64,000 nucleotides of DNA from an uncultured cyanobacterium (GCA_963718615.1 OY970368.1:3104001-3168000), one strand, 5' to 3'; positions 39,678 to 50,993 are shown, counted from the stretch's first letter. Numbers and translations: made by a program. The notes: generated by a model not told the origin, from the letters alone.

Positions 39678-42600
39678 CTATGATAAAAATTGGTTTTTAT
39701 CTATGTATTCTAGAAAACATTTTTTGTCGGATCCTCGGATTTGGGTCAGAGTTGGGGGACATGCCGGGTCTGGATCCGAGATCTGGCGAATGCATTCGGT
39801 GGCGGCTTGGCCATTGAGCGGTCGACTGAGCCAATAGCCCTGACCAAATTCGCAACCTAGTTCGCGCAGTTTGTCCCGCTGGGGTTCGGTTTCGATGCCT
39901 TCGGCTACGACTTTAGCATTGAGGCCATGGGCTAGGAGGATAATACTGTGGGCGATCGCCTCTTTTTTGCGATCGGTTTCCAGACCATCCACAAAGGCGC
40001 GGTCGATTTTGAGCACATCTAGGGGTAGCTGATGCAACCGACTGAGGGAGGAGTAGCCCGTGCCAAAGTCATCGATGCAGAGCCCTAAACCCAACGCTTT
40101 GAGTTCGTGGAAAATCCGCATGCTGTAATCGGAAGCTTCCAGAAAATTGGTTTCGGTGACCTCTAGCTTGAGGCGATCGCTCGGCAACTGATAGGTACAC
40201 AACAGCTCTTGCATTTGCGCGACGAGGTTTTCCTGCTTGAGTTGCACCACCGAGAGATTCACGCTCATCGTCAGAGCTTGGGCCTGGGCAAACTGCTGCC
40301 GCCAACGCTGCAAGGTCGCCGCCGCTTCCCGAAACACCCACCAGCTTAAGGGTTCGATCAGTCCAGTTTCTTCGGCAATGGGGACAAAGTCCGCCGGGGA
40401 AATCCAGCCGCGCTGGGCATGGTGCCAGCGCAACAGGGCTTCAAAGCCGCTCAGTTGTCCAGTGCCTAGATCAATAATGGGTTGATAGAACAACTGAAGT
40501 TCTTGACGCTGGAGGGCTTGCTGGAGATCATGTTCAAGCTGCAAGCGGGCTAAGGCCCGAGGATGCATGTCTTTTTCAAAGCAAACGTAATGGCCTCCCC
40601 CGGCAGCTTTGGCGCGATACATGGCGATATCTGCATCCCGTAACAGCTCGTCAGAACGCTGATAGTGCGCTTCTCCTAAGGCAATGCCAACGCTGGCTCC
40701 GACGCTAAAGACTTCGTGATCGAGCCAGAGGGGATTTTGCAGCAGGCTGACCAGTCGTTTAGCGATCGCCAGAGCTTCTGAAGCATGGGACAACCCCCGT
40801 AAAAGAATGACAAATTCATCGCCGCCAAACCGTGCCAGAATATCCTGATTCCGAATAGAGGTTTGCAGGCGTTTGGCCACGACTTGCAGAATTTTATCGC
40901 CCACAAGATGCCCCAGACTATCATTAATCACCTTAAACCGATCTAAGTCAATAAACAGCAAGGCAAAATCTCTGGTTCGCTGCTGCTGAGCCGCGATCGC
41001 ACAGTCCAGTTGCTCAGTCAAGTAACTGCGATTATAGAGACCCGTGAGCTTGTCATGCATGGCATCATGGCGAAGCTGCTCTTCGGCACAGCGGCGCATG
41101 GTGACATCTTCGAGCCGACCCTCGTAGTAGAGTAGCTCTCCCTCAGCGTCATACACCGCATGTTGGGTTTCAGAAATCCAAATTTTTTGGCCATTGTACT
41201 GGTAAATCTGGGATTCATAGTCTTCGATTTTGCCGCTGGCTTTTAAGGCTTGCTGAATTTCCTGGTGGCGATCGGGATCGACATAGATGGCCTTACCAAA
41301 GTCGGTGAGCTGATGCATTAAGGCTCCGGCGGAGTCATAGCCTAAAAGCTGAACCAAAAATGGATTCACGCTCAAATAACGGCCTTCGGGCGAGATCTGG
41401 AAAATGCCTTGAGTAATGTTCTCGAAAATGCTGCGGTATTTAGCCTCGCTGTCTCGAATTGTGGCTTCTGCCTGTTTGCGCTCCCGTAAATCGAGATCTA
41501 CGCAGTACATCTCCGGTTGGCCTTGAATATTCTTCAAAATCACATGGCTAGAAAAGACCGGCACGAGATGACCCTCTTTGTGTTGCAAGAACATCTCACT
41601 GGCGGGAATGGCTGGTCCGCCTTGAATCCAAGCATCAATCAGGCTGACGATATAGTCTCGAATGCCAAAGGGAATAATCAAGTCCTCCAGCCGCCGTCCC
41701 ATAATTTCTTCGGCTTTGTAACCATAGAGCTCTTCGCTGGCCCGGTTCCAGAAAATGACGCGTCGTTCCCGGTCATAGCCTTGCACTGGAATTTTGGGAA
41801 TTTCTTCAAACAGCTTGCGAAATCTAGCTTCGCTTTCGAGTAAAATCGTTTCGGTTTGGTGGTGCTCTAGGGCGATCGCCGCCAACGAAACCGCCACATC
41901 CAACAATTGCCAATCCCGTTCCTGGGGCTGACTGGGAACCGTAAAATAACAGGCTAAAATCCCGAGTACCGTTTGTCGAGAAGAGAGAATAGGTAAGGCC
42001 CAAGTCGCGGCAAACTGGTGTTGTTTGGCAAAGGCATGATGGGGCAACCACAGCTCGTCCGTGCTCTTGGAGTGATCCAGATTCTCTAAAATTACAGTGC
42101 CTTTTTGCAGCACCGCTTGCCCCTCCACAGTGGGATGTTCGGTGAGCGAAAGTGCCGTTAACCAATCGAGATAGCTCTGGGGCATTTTGGGCGCGGCAGC
42201 ACAGCAAAGTTTGGGTCCAGCCTCTGTTTCTTCGTCCAGCAAAAAGATTGCACCTTTGAGACCAGGGCGTTGGGACTCGGTCATTTGCACCAGCGTTTGC
42301 AACATCTCCGCCAGGGATTCTTTGCGGGCAAACTGGGAAAAAAATTTCCATTGACGATGTAATAGAGTTTCGCTGTGTTTTCGTTCGCTGATATCTCGTT
42401 CTTCTACTAGCATTAATAATTCTCCTGTGCTCGGATCGGCTAACGGCTGAAGCTTCATTTCATGCCAACGACGTTCAGGCCAAATTAGGCTCTGCACTTG
42501 AACCTCTTCGCAAATTTCAAGATGATCTTCAGGGGGGGCTTGGGCCAGCTTTTGCCGCAGCTCATCTGCGATCGCAGGATTCGGAAAGCACGCAGCAAAA

Positions 42601-42746
42601 TTGTGATCGTGCTCTGCGGCATTTCCGTAGAAGGCGATCGCTGCCGGATTTTGTAATACTGTCTGACCTACAGCGTTGTAGATCGAGACCATAGCGGACA
42701 TTTGTTCGAAAGCAGTTGCGGTTAGCACAGTCATCTTAAAAACCAA
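39678..42746 (-). CDS. PAS-GAF-PAS-PAS-GGDEF-EAL c-di-GMP signalling protein
   Basis: HDKLTGLYNR, RxxD I-site (RNQD) before FGGDEF, GFEALLRW, DDFGTGYSSL. Confidence 0.95.
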   Translation of the reverse strand: MVFKMTVLTATAFEQMSAMVSIYNAVGQTVLQNPAAIAFYGNAAEHDHNFAACFPNPAIADELRQKLAQAPPEDHLEICEEVQVQSLIWPERRWHEMKLQPLADPSTGELLMLVEERDISERKHSETLLHRQWKFFSQFARKESLAEMLQTLVQMTESQRPGLKGAIFLLDEETEAGPKLCCAAAPKMPQSYLDWLTALSLTEHPTVEGQAVLQKGTVILENLDHSKSTDELWLPHHAFAKQHQFAATWALPILSSRQTVLGILACYFTVPSQPQERDWQLLDVAVSLAAIALEHHQTETILLESEARFRKLFEEIPKIPVQGYDRERRVIFWNRASEELYGYKAEEIMGRRLEDLIIPFGIRDYIVSLIDAWIQGGPAIPASEMFLQHKEGHLVPVFSSHVILKNIQGQPEMYCVDLDLRERKQAEATIRDSEAKYRSIFENITQGIFQISPEGRYLSVNPFLVQLLGYDSAGALMHQLTDFGKAIYVDPDRHQEIQQALKASGKIEDYESQIYQYNGQKIWISETQHAVYDAEGELLYYEGRLEDVTMRRCAEEQLRHDAMHDKLTGLYNRSYLTEQLDCAIAAQQQRTRDFALLFIDLDRFKVINDSLGHLVGDKILQVVAKRLQTSIRNQDILARFGGDEFVILLRGLSHASEALAIAKRLVSLLQNPLWLDHEVFSVGASVGIALGEAHYQRSDELLRDADIAMYRAKAAGGGHYVCFEKDMHPRALARLQLEHDLQQALQRQELQLFYQPIIDLGTGQLSGFEALLRWHHAQRGWISPADFVPIAEETGLIEPLSWWVFREAAATLQRWRQQFAQAQALTMSVNLSVVQLKQENLVAQMQELLCTYQLPSDRLKLEVTETNFLEASDYSMRIFHELKALGLGLCIDDFGTGYSSLSRLHQLPLDVLKIDRAFVDGLETDRKKEAIAHSIILLAHGLNAKVVAEGIETEPQRDKLRELGCEFGQGYWLSRPLNGQAATECIRQISDPDPACPPTLTQIRGSDKKCFLEYIDKNQFLS

Positions 42747-42950
42747 TGCCTGGGTCTATAAGCCTTTCCCTAGCTGGATTGAGGCAGTGGATGCTGGGAA
42801 TAACGGGGCGCGTGGGGCGTAATTCAAGGCTTGAAGCTTTAGCCTCAGCTTCTGCCGCTAGAATGCCCACAGTTCCCAGAACGCTACCGAATATAATCCA
42901 TCAAAACCCACAAAAACGATTCACCTTTCCAGGGGAACCAATAAGCAAAA

Positions 42951-43868
42951 ATGCGCATTACAGGGACCACTCAACTCCTCGGTATTCTTGGCAATCCCGT
43001 AAAACACTCGCTTTCGCCACTGATGCAGAATGCGGCAATCGCCGAACTTGGGCTAGATTTCGTCTATATTCCGTTGCCGGTCCAAGGGGAAAACTTGGCC
43101 CAGGCGATCGCCGGTTTCGAGACGATCGGTCTCGTTGGATTCAATATTACGATTCCCCACAAGCAGGCGGTCTTGCCGTTTCTTTCCCAGGTCTCCGAAG
43201 TGGCCCAGGCGGTGGGAGCGGTGAATACTATGTGGCGATTGCCTGCAGAGGCTGGACTAGGTGCTGGAGCAGGCTGGGCGGGAACCAATACCGACGTGGA
43301 GGGGTTTTTGGCTCCGCTGCAAGCCCTCGATCGCGATTGGTCGGAGACCGTGGCGGTGGTGTTGGGCAATGGCGGGGCTGCGCGGGCGGTGGTGGCCGGT
43401 TGTGCGCTTTTGGGCTGTCAGGAAATCCATGTGGTGGGTCGGGATCAGGCCAAACTCGCGGCTTTTGCCGCTAGCGGGTTCGGACCCTTGGCGGGATCAG
43501 CAACGGGCTTACCGACGTTGACCCATCGATTGCGGGTGGCTTCTTGGACCACGCTGACAGATCTCTTGCCCCAAACCGGATTATTGGTGAATACAACGCC
43601 GCTCGGGATGGCTCCCCAGGTTGAGGCTTGTCCGCTGACGCCAGAGCAAATCGCGTTGCTCGCACCAGGTACGATTGCCTACGATCTGATCTATGTGCCC
43701 AATCCGACCCGGTTTTTGCAATTGGCCCAGGACCAGGGGGCGATCGCCCTCGACGGTCTAGAGATGCTGGTTCAACAGGGTGCCGCAGCCCTGCGGATCT
43801 GGACAGGACAGGAGCAGGTGCCCGTGGCTACGATGCGACGGGTTTTACAGGGCCATTTGGGTTTGTGA
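42951..43868 (+). CDS. aroE: Shikimate dehydrogenase
   Basis: HSLSPLMQN, GFNITIPHK, GAVNT, NTDVEGF, GNGGAARA, DGLEMLVQQG. Confidence 0.97.
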   Translation: MRITGTTQLLGILGNPVKHSLSPLMQNAAIAELGLDFVYIPLPVQGENLAQAIAGFETIGLVGFNITIPHKQAVLPFLSQVSEVAQAVGAVNTMWRLPAEAGLGAGAGWAGTNTDVEGFLAPLQALDRDWSETVAVVLGNGGAARAVVAGCALLGCQEIHVVGRDQAKLAAFAASGFGPLAGSATGLPTLTHRLRVASWTTLTDLLPQTGLLVNTTPLGMAPQVEACPLTPEQIALLAPGTIAYDLIYVPNPTRFLQLAQDQGAIALDGLEMLVQQGAAALRIWTGQEQVPVATMRRVLQGHLGL

Positions 43869-44073
43869 CGATTATCACCCGGCAAGGCATACTGTGATGT
43901 ATCTTGAACCCTTGATTATGGGCCTATGGATGATAGGACCTTGATTATGGGCCATTGATGGTAGGCCATGGGATGGGGACTTTATTCTCTACAGAGGGTA
44001 TTCTCCCTAGAGCAGCCCTAAAGCCTGCTTCCCGTTTAACCCTGGGTGCTCATCTTCGTTGCGCATAGCCGCT

Positions 44074-46212
44074 ATGGTTCAATCCCCTATCCTTGTGAAA
44101 TTTCAGGTTGGTGCCCAGAGCGATCGCGCCCTAGGCAGTACCACGGAACCGTTTCGGACCTTGACCGATGCGCTGAAACAGGCCCAGGCGGGGATGATTA
44201 TTCAGCTTTCTCCCGGCACCTATAATGCCGCTTCGGGGGAACAGTTTCCGCTGACGGTGCCCCCTGGGGTGGTCTTGCTGGGAAATGAAACCACCAAGGG
44301 CCAAGGCATTTTGATCCAAGGGGGAGGACTCTACAGCAGCCCAACGCTGGGCGCGCAAACGGTGACGCTCTTGCTGGCCAACGACGCCCAAGTGCGGGGC
44401 ATTACCATTAGTAACCCAGCCCAGAAAGGAACCGGAATTTGGATCGAGTCAACCCGCCCGGTGGTGCAAAACTGCACACTGATCAACTGCGGTCGCGAAG
44501 GGCTGGTGGCCACCGGCACAGCCAATCCGCTGATCCGTGATAATCGCTTCGAGAGCAACCAGGTGAGCGGTCTGGCGATCCTGCGCAACGGCAAGGGCGA
44601 AATTTGGGGCAACCTCTGCTCTCAATGCCCCATCGGCTTGGCCCTTGGGGATGAAAGTGCGCCCTTGGTCGCCAAAAATACGCTGTCTGCAAACCAGACG
44701 GGGATGGCGATCGCCGGAACGGCCCGTCCAGTCCTGCGCAATAACGTCATTGAAAGCAGTACCGACATTGGCCTAACGCTCAAGGAACAAGCCATTCCCG
44801 ACCTCGGCAATGCTCAAGCCCCAGCCGGCAATGTCTTTCGCAACAACCAGCGATTCGATCTCAACAACGAAACGGGCAAAACCTTGGTGTCCGTCGGCAA
44901 TCAGGTCAATCCCCAGCTCAATCGCGGTCCCATTACCTTTCAGGCCAGCGAAGCGCCCACTGCGCCCCCCCTACCCGAACCGGAAGTCGTGCCCTTGCCC
45001 CAGGGGAGCGGCGGCAGCTCGCCCACGCCGATTACGGGCGGTCCTGTTAGTCTCAGCGACATTCAAGGCCATTGGGCCAACGATTTTATTCAAGCCCTGA
45101 TCGATCGCGAAATCCTCAGCGGCTTTCCGGACAGTACATTCCGTCCACAAAACTCCCTCACCCGTGCAGAATACGCCGCCCTGATTGCCAAAGCCTTTAA
45201 TCAGCCCCTGGTGCGTCCCGCCTTGCGCTTTCCCGACGTGCCCAGCAATTTCTGGGGAGCCAGCGCCATCGAAAAAGCCAGCCGCATGGCCTTTATCGCC
45301 GGGTTCCCCGACGGCACCTTTCGGGCCAACCAGCAGCTCACGCGAGTTCAAGCAATCGTCGCCTTGGTGAGTGGCTTGAGCCTGAGCGGCGGCAGTCCGG
45401 GCCTCTTGGGGGTGTATAGCGATCGCGCCCAAATCCCCAGTTATGCCACCAATGCGATCGCCACCGCCACCCAACACCGCATCATCGTTAACTATCCGCA
45501 GCTCAATCTCCTAGACCCCCTGCGCCCTATCTCCCGTGCCGAAATCGCCGTCATGGTCTACCAGGCCCTCGTGGTTCTGCGTCAGGCCACGGTGATCGAA
45601 TCCCCCTATATTCCTCAACCCCAAGTCCTCACGGCCCTCACCGACCTCAATGGCCATTGGGCGGAACCCTTTGTCCGCAATTTGGTTAACCAAAATTTGC
45701 TCACTGGCTTCCCCGATGGCAGCTTCCACCCCAATGCGCCGGTGAGCCGAGCCGAATATGCGGTCATGATTGCCAAAGCCTTCAATCCCCCCGCCGTCAA
45801 TCCCCAGCCGAATTTTCAGGATTTAGCCTCGGACTTTTGGGCCAACCCTGCGATTATTAGCGCGACCCGTGGCGGCTATTTGTCCGGTTATTCCAACAGT
45901 CAGTTTCAGCCCGATCGCGCCATTTCTCGGGTGCAGATTTTGCTTTCCCTCGTCAGTGGCTTGAAGCTCACCGGCGGTCACCTGGGTTTGGTCAATCGCA
46001 TGCCCGATCAAACCGATGTGCCTAATTATGCTCGTGAAGCCGTAGCCACCGCCCTCCAAAACCGCATTGTCGTGAATTATCCAGACCCCAATCAGCTCAG
46101 CCCCAACCGCGAAGCCACCCGTGCAGAGGTGGCGGCGATGATTTATCAAGGTCTCTTGACCCAAGGACGAGTCGCGCCATTGCCCTCTGCCTATATCGCC
46201 ATTCCGCGCTAA
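44074..46212 (+). CDS. DUF1565 / right-handed beta-helix protein with multiple SLH domains
   Basis: PFRTLTDAL...GTYNAASGEQFPL beta-helix start; two blocks of three SLH motifs (DIQGHWA, GFPD.TFRP, TRAE). Confidence 0.88.
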   Translation: MVQSPILVKFQVGAQSDRALGSTTEPFRTLTDALKQAQAGMIIQLSPGTYNAASGEQFPLTVPPGVVLLGNETTKGQGILIQGGGLYSSPTLGAQTVTLLLANDAQVRGITISNPAQKGTGIWIESTRPVVQNCTLINCGREGLVATGTANPLIRDNRFESNQVSGLAILRNGKGEIWGNLCSQCPIGLALGDESAPLVAKNTLSANQTGMAIAGTARPVLRNNVIESSTDIGLTLKEQAIPDLGNAQAPAGNVFRNNQRFDLNNETGKTLVSVGNQVNPQLNRGPITFQASEAPTAPPLPEPEVVPLPQGSGGSSPTPITGGPVSLSDIQGHWANDFIQALIDREILSGFPDSTFRPQNSLTRAEYAALIAKAFNQPLVRPALRFPDVPSNFWGASAIEKASRMAFIAGFPDGTFRANQQLTRVQAIVALVSGLSLSGGSPGLLGVYSDRAQIPSYATNAIATATQHRIIVNYPQLNLLDPLRPISRAEIAVMVYQALVVLRQATVIESPYIPQPQVLTALTDLNGHWAEPFVRNLVNQNLLTGFPDGSFHPNAPVSRAEYAVMIAKAFNPPAVNPQPNFQDLASDFWANPAIISATRGGYLSGYSNSQFQPDRAISRVQILLSLVSGLKLTGGHLGLVNRMPDQTDVPNYAREAVATALQNRIVVNYPDPNQLSPNREATRAEVAAMIYQGLLTQGRVAPLPSAYIAIPR

Positions 46213-46538
46213 TCGAGCGCCTTTGGGCCCCTACACCAGCAGACTTTTCTGTAACTAAATATTGCTTTTTGCAACGCTATTACTTTGGGATTCCAAGGGA
46301 GTGCCACCTGCGGATGACAATGAAAATTATGGAAATTAAGGATGGAAATTGAGGTCAGACCAGCCTTCGGAACTCATCTAGATAGGATTTACAGGCAATC
46401 TATCCCTTAGCCGATTTGAAAACTGGCCTAAGGCAAGATGAATCCATCTGGAATTCTACCGAAGCTATTTGTAGACGACCCGTAAGAGCCATTCAAGAGC
46501 AAGGGGCTCGTCCATGTCGGTTCCAGGGGGGGATAACC

Positions 46539-47081
46539 ATGATTCAGCGTAGTCTTCAGAATTGCTTCACAACCACTTGCGATCGCGCCGCCCGCGCGGT
46601 CAATCTGACTGCGCTCTTGTCCCTAGGACTGATGTTGACGGGGACAATGCTAACCAAGACCGCAGTGGCTCCGGCCTGGGCAGCGATCGACGCAGTACCG
46701 CTGCCGAAACCCGTGGGACCACAATTGGCGGATGGCGTTTATCTCTACGGTGAGGCCCAAGAACGCGACCAACTTAACCGTGCCTACATGGTGTTTGAAG
46801 TGAGTGAAGGCAAAGTCGAAGGCGCAGTGTACTGGCCGCAATCAAACTTTAACTGTATTGATGGCCGCTTTGCGAATCAACAGTTAGCGCTGCGGGTGAG
46901 CGATACCTACACCCAGGAATCCTATACCTACAGTCTGGGATTGACCCAATCAACCGCCCTATTAGCTTCACGAGATTTAGAAACGGTTCCCCTAGAAGTG
47001 GGTTTGGAAGGGATGCATCGCATTGCAGAACTGAATGACAATGATTTGCGCATTCTCAAGATGTGCCAAGCCAATCTGTAG
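46539..47081 (+). CDS. Conserved cyanobacterial exported hypothetical protein
   Basis: Signal ending AWA; LADGVYLYGE...YMVFEV....VEGAVYWPQSNFNC...RILKMC. Confidence 0.65.
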   Translation: MIQRSLQNCFTTTCDRAARAVNLTALLSLGLMLTGTMLTKTAVAPAWAAIDAVPLPKPVGPQLADGVYLYGEAQERDQLNRAYMVFEVSEGKVEGAVYWPQSNFNCIDGRFANQQLALRVSDTYTQESYTYSLGLTQSTALLASRDLETVPLEVGLEGMHRIAELNDNDLRILKMCQANL

Positions 47082-47556
47082 GCTCGTGTCAGCGGGCTTG
47101 CGTCAGCGTTTCGTACTCGATAGGCGTATATGAATTTTTGTTGAAGCCTGATCTTGGTTTGTAAAGATTCGTTGTTTATACGACGTTCAAAGATCTGTTT
47201 CATTGGTTACTTTGCTGCCATCAAATTGCGAAAAAAACGCAGATTGATTGGCAGTTTTTGTATGCCTTTCTGCTTGATGGGTCAATGATTGCCCTGGATA
47301 TGTGCGGCCTAGTTTTCCTTGCTTGAAAAATCAGTGATGGTTGTTTTTTCCTACTTACAGATACGTATTGAGTCTTTTTCTATGCCTTTGTAATCTTGAA
47401 TGGCCTTCCGGGATACCAAGATTTGCCTGGATGAGAGGGGAAAGTGCTAGTCCATTACGAGAGTGCGCCAGAGCGGTGTTTCTCGGTTGTGACTAGCTTC
47501 AATTTGTGTGTTTTAGGGATCTGCCAAATTGATGAATTCAGCAAGGAGTTGCCTCA

Positions 47557-47895
47557 GTGAGCTATTCACCTGAGATTCCCCGTGGGATATCGAGACGCTC
47601 AAACGCAGTTGGTCGGCCCAGGACCGTGAGCGATGCCTATCTGCAGCGTTTGAAAGAATTAGTGAGCCATGATCCGCGTGAGTTTGGTTATTCCTTCCGA
47701 CGTTGGACCGCCCGTTGGCTCAATCAGCGCCTCTATGAAGAAATGGGGGTGTCTGTGAGCGATCGCCATATTAATCGTTTGCTCAAGCAAATGGGGCTAT
47801 CCACCCGGACCTCCTACGTCTCTAATGCCATGACTCGTCGTCATCCCAGCCATCTCAGGATTCAGATCGCCGATTTAGTTCCTGAGCAAGGATAG
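47557..47895 (+). CDS. Helix-turn-helix protein related to the IS630 transposase N-terminal HTH
   Basis: GRPR...YLQRLKELV..DPREFGYSF.RWTA.WL...VSDRHINRLLKQMGLS; no DDE domain. Confidence 0.7.
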   Translation: MSYSPEIPRGISRRSNAVGRPRTVSDAYLQRLKELVSHDPREFGYSFRRWTARWLNQRLYEEMGVSVSDRHINRLLKQMGLSTRTSYVSNAMTRRHPSHLRIQIADLVPEQG

Positions 47896-47929
47896 AATAG
47901 GGAGGCTCAATGGTATTGCGACAGAATCC

Positions 47930-48187
47930 GTGACCACCTACCAAGCCAAAATTTACGTAACCCTCCGCCCCTCGGTGTTAGATCCTGCTGGGACTGCTGT
48001 GGAATCGGGCCTCAAACATATGGGCTACGGCGACATCGAAGGCGTTCGCATCGGCAAATACGTGGAGCTCAAGGTCTCTGCGGAAAGCGAAAGCGCTGCC
48101 CAGGAACAGCTCGACCAGGTCTGTGACCAGCTCTTGGCGAACCCGGTAATCGAGAATTACCGCTTCGAATTAGAACCCGTGGGATAG
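47930..48187 (+). CDS. purS: Phosphoribosylformylglycinamidine synthase subunit PurS
   Basis: VTLRPSVLDPAG...VRIGKY...LLANPVIENY. Confidence 0.97.
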   Translation: MTTYQAKIYVTLRPSVLDPAGTAVESGLKHMGYGDIEGVRIGKYVELKVSAESESAAQEQLDQVCDQLLANPVIENYRFELEPVG

Positions 48188-48193
48188 ACACCC

Positions 48194-48217
48194 GTAGGGA
48201 CGAACCGCGTTCGTCCT
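48194..48217 (+). repeat. GTAG-type REP-like hairpin between purS and purQ
   Basis: GTAG-GGACGAAC-cgc-GTTCGTCC. Confidence 0.55.
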
Positions 48218-48263
48218 CTTGAGAACGTTGGATGAATCAAGTTGGCAATATTAGGAGGGGCAG

Positions 48264-48932
48264 ATGAAGTTTGGGGTGATTGTCTTTCCGGGATCGAACT
48301 GCGATCGCGATGTCCTCTGGGTCACCCAGGGGATCTTGAACCAGCCCACGCGGATGGTGTGGCACGAAGACAGCGATTTGTCAGATATCGATATCGTTGT
48401 CATTCCCGGCGGGTTTAGTTACGGGGACTATTTGCGTTGTGGGGCGATCGCCCGCTTCTCTCCCGCCATGCGCTCCACCGTCGAGCACGCCAAAGCCGGT
48501 AAGCCGGTCTTGGGAATTTGCAATGGCTTCCAGATTTTGACGGAGTCGGGATTGTTGCCAGGGGCACTGGTGCGCAATGCCCATTTGCATTTTATCTGCG
48601 AGCGATCGCCCCTCACCGTCGAACGCAACGACTTGCTCTTTACCAGCGGCTACCAGCCAGGTCAACAGATTACGATTCCCATTGCCCACGGCGAGGGCCG
48701 CTACCACGCGGATGAGGAGCTGCTCAAGGAACTGGAAGACCACAATCAAATCGTTTTCCGCTATGTGAACAATCCCAATGGTTCGGTGAACCGCATCGCC
48801 GGAATTTGTAACCGTGCAGGCAATGTCCTGGGCCTGATGCCCCATCCGGAGCGGGCCTCGGATCCCCGAACCGGCGGTACAGATGGTTTGGCACTATTTG
48901 AAGCGTTGACCCGACAACTGGTTGCGGCTTAG
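48264..48932 (+). CDS. purQ: Phosphoribosylformylglycinamidine synthase subunit PurQ
   Basis: [31 protein letters not shown]. Confidence 0.98.
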   Translation: MKFGVIVFPGSNCDRDVLWVTQGILNQPTRMVWHEDSDLSDIDIVVIPGGFSYGDYLRCGAIARFSPAMRSTVEHAKAGKPVLGICNGFQILTESGLLPGALVRNAHLHFICERSPLTVERNDLLFTSGYQPGQQITIPIAHGEGRYHADEELLKELEDHNQIVFRYVNNPNGSVNRIAGICNRAGNVLGLMPHPERASDPRTGGTDGLALFEALTRQLVAA

Positions 48933-48946
48933 TCACGACGGTTGAT

Positions 48947-49945
48947 ATGCGCAAACTCTATTTTCTAGTTCCAGGGACAACCGGTCAATTCAAGAGCGGG
49001 GGACTGTTCGCGGAGCTCAAGACTTTGGCTTTGGCCCAGCAAGTCTGTGAAGCGGCGATCGCCACCTATCGCCAACGGGAACCGGACCACCCTTTCCTCG
49101 ATGATCTGCTCCAAACCGCATCGCCTCAGTCCTGTGCCTTTGTATTGGGCTGGGGATTTGACGTTCCCAAACTGCTCAAGCGCATCGGCAACTTTCCCCT
49201 GATCTACCATGCCCATAGCGCAGGCTACGGGTTTCGTCTACCGGCTCGGGTGCCGATTATCACCGTTAGCCGGAACACCATGGGCTATTGGGGGCAATGG
49301 GCCAATAACAATCTGATTTACTACTTACCCAATGAGATCTCGCCAGAGTTTCGAGATTTGGGGGGCGATCGCGACATTGATGTCTTGGTCCAAGCCCGCA
49401 AATCCTCAGATTATTTGCTGCAGTCCCTGATCCCGGCGTTGCAATCCCGTTGTCGGGTGGTTGTGCTGGATGGATTTGTGGAAGATTTATCGGTGCTGTT
49501 CAATCGGGCCAAGGTCTATCTCTACGATTCTGCGGACTACTGGGCCGTGAGCGGCGTGACGGAAGGGTTTGGGTTGCCGCCGCTGGAGGCGATCGCCTGT
49601 GGTTGTCGGGTATTTTCGAGTGTCAACCATGGCTTATCGGATTTTTTGGATCCGGGGTTTAATGGCCAGAAAATTGGTGTCTATTCCTTAGAATACGACC
49701 TGGAGCGGATTTTGGGGGCGATCGCTCAGCCCGCTCCCCCGGTTCCAGAAGCCTTGTTAGGGGAGTATCGGAGCGATCGCCTGGTGGCGCGCCTAGAGAT
49801 CATCTTGGCGGAGATCAACCCATTTTTTGATCATCAGGCCAGCCATAGCGCCAACATTCCGGGGCTGACGCCACTACGCTTGCGGCAGCTATGGGCCAAG
49901 CAAACCTGGCGCAAGATTCAGCGACGGCTAGGGCGCGGAGCTTGA
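48947..49945 (+). CDS. Glycosyltransferase (GT-B)
   Basis: EGFGLPPLEAIACGC motif. Confidence 0.85.
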   Translation: MRKLYFLVPGTTGQFKSGGLFAELKTLALAQQVCEAAIATYRQREPDHPFLDDLLQTASPQSCAFVLGWGFDVPKLLKRIGNFPLIYHAHSAGYGFRLPARVPIITVSRNTMGYWGQWANNNLIYYLPNEISPEFRDLGGDRDIDVLVQARKSSDYLLQSLIPALQSRCRVVVLDGFVEDLSVLFNRAKVYLYDSADYWAVSGVTEGFGLPPLEAIACGCRVFSSVNHGLSDFLDPGFNGQKIGVYSLEYDLERILGAIAQPAPPVPEALLGEYRSDRLVARLEIILAEINPFFDHQASHSANIPGLTPLRLRQLWAKQTWRKIQRRLGRGA

Positions 49946-50024
49946 GGCCCAGCGCTCTTGGGTGGATTGCTCTATCATGAAGAAATATGAACCGCTGTTG
50001 AATCCGCTATCTTGACGAGCTGCC

Positions 50025-50993
50025 ATGGCGATCGCCCCTCCCTCCGTTTCTTCTGCTCCTGCTTCTGCATCCTCTTCCGCAACGCCTGCACCCTATGCCT
50101 TGCACCATTGGACCTGGCGAGGCTACCAAATTCAGTACGCCGTCGCCGGAACCGGAACGCCGCTGGTCTTGATCCATGGTTTTGGAGCATCGATTGGCCA
50201 TTGGAAGAAAAATATTCCCGTCTGGGCTGCTGCGGGCTACCAGGTCTTTACGCTGGATCTGCTGGGGTTTGGGGCCTCCGAAAAGCCCTTGACGGACTAC
50301 AGCCTAGAACTTTGGGAGGACCTGCTGGCAGAGTTTTCAGCAGAGTTGATTGGCCAACCGGCGGTCTTCATTGGCAACTCCATTGGTGCGCTACTCAGTT
50401 TGATGATGGCGGTGAATCATCCCGACCAAGTCAGCGGCATCATTTTGCTTAACTGCGCTGGGGGACTCAGCCATCGCCCCGAGGAACTGCCCCCACCGCT
50501 GCGGGTTGTCATGGGAACCTTTAACACACTGGTAAATTCCAATCAGTTGGGTCCGCTGATGTTCAATTTGGTGCGCCGCAAACCCCAGATTCGTCGGGCA
50601 TTACAACAGGTGTATCGTAAACCTGGCTCCGTTACCGATGAGCTGGTGGACATGCTCTACGAACCCTCCTGCGACCCCAATGCCCAAAGCGTCTTCGCTT
50701 CGATCCTGACCGCTCCCCCCGGACCAACCATCGAAACTCTCTTGCCGAAACTGGAAAAACCGATGCTCGTGCTCTGGGGCGAAGATGACCCCTGGACGCC
50801 GGTTAAGGGCAGCCAAATTTTCCAAGACCGTGCCCAAGACCATGCTCAAAACCGCAACACGACGTTTATTTCCCTACCCCGCACTGGCCATTGTCCCCAC
50901 GACGAGCGGCCCGAGCTGGTAAATCCACTGATCTTGTATTGGCTCAAAACCATAACATCAACCCGACAAGTGTCGGAATCCCACTGGGGGTAG
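50025..50993 (+). CDS. Alpha/beta fold hydrolase
   Basis: LIHGFGAS, DLLGFGAS, GNSIG nucleophile elbow, WGEDD, GHCPHDE. Confidence 0.93.
   Translation: MAIAPPSVSSAPASASSSATPAPYALHHWTWRGYQIQYAVAGTGTPLVLIHGFGASIGHWKKNIPVWAAAGYQVFTLDLLGFGASEKPLTDYSLELWEDLLAEFSAELIGQPAVFIGNSIGALLSLMMAVNHPDQVSGIILLNCAGGLSHRPEELPPPLRVVMGTFNTLVNSNQLGPLMFNLVRRKPQIRRALQQVYRKPGSVTDELVDMLYEPSCDPNAQSVFASILTAPPGPTIETLLPKLEKPMLVLWGEDDPWTPVKGSQIFQDRAQDHAQNRNTTFISLPRTGHCPHDERPELVNPLILYWLKTITSTRQVSESHWG

Noticed and set aside
42746-43474. 242-aa ORF overlapping aroE
   Set aside because: Alternative frame of aroE with Arg/Gly-rich non-protein-like composition
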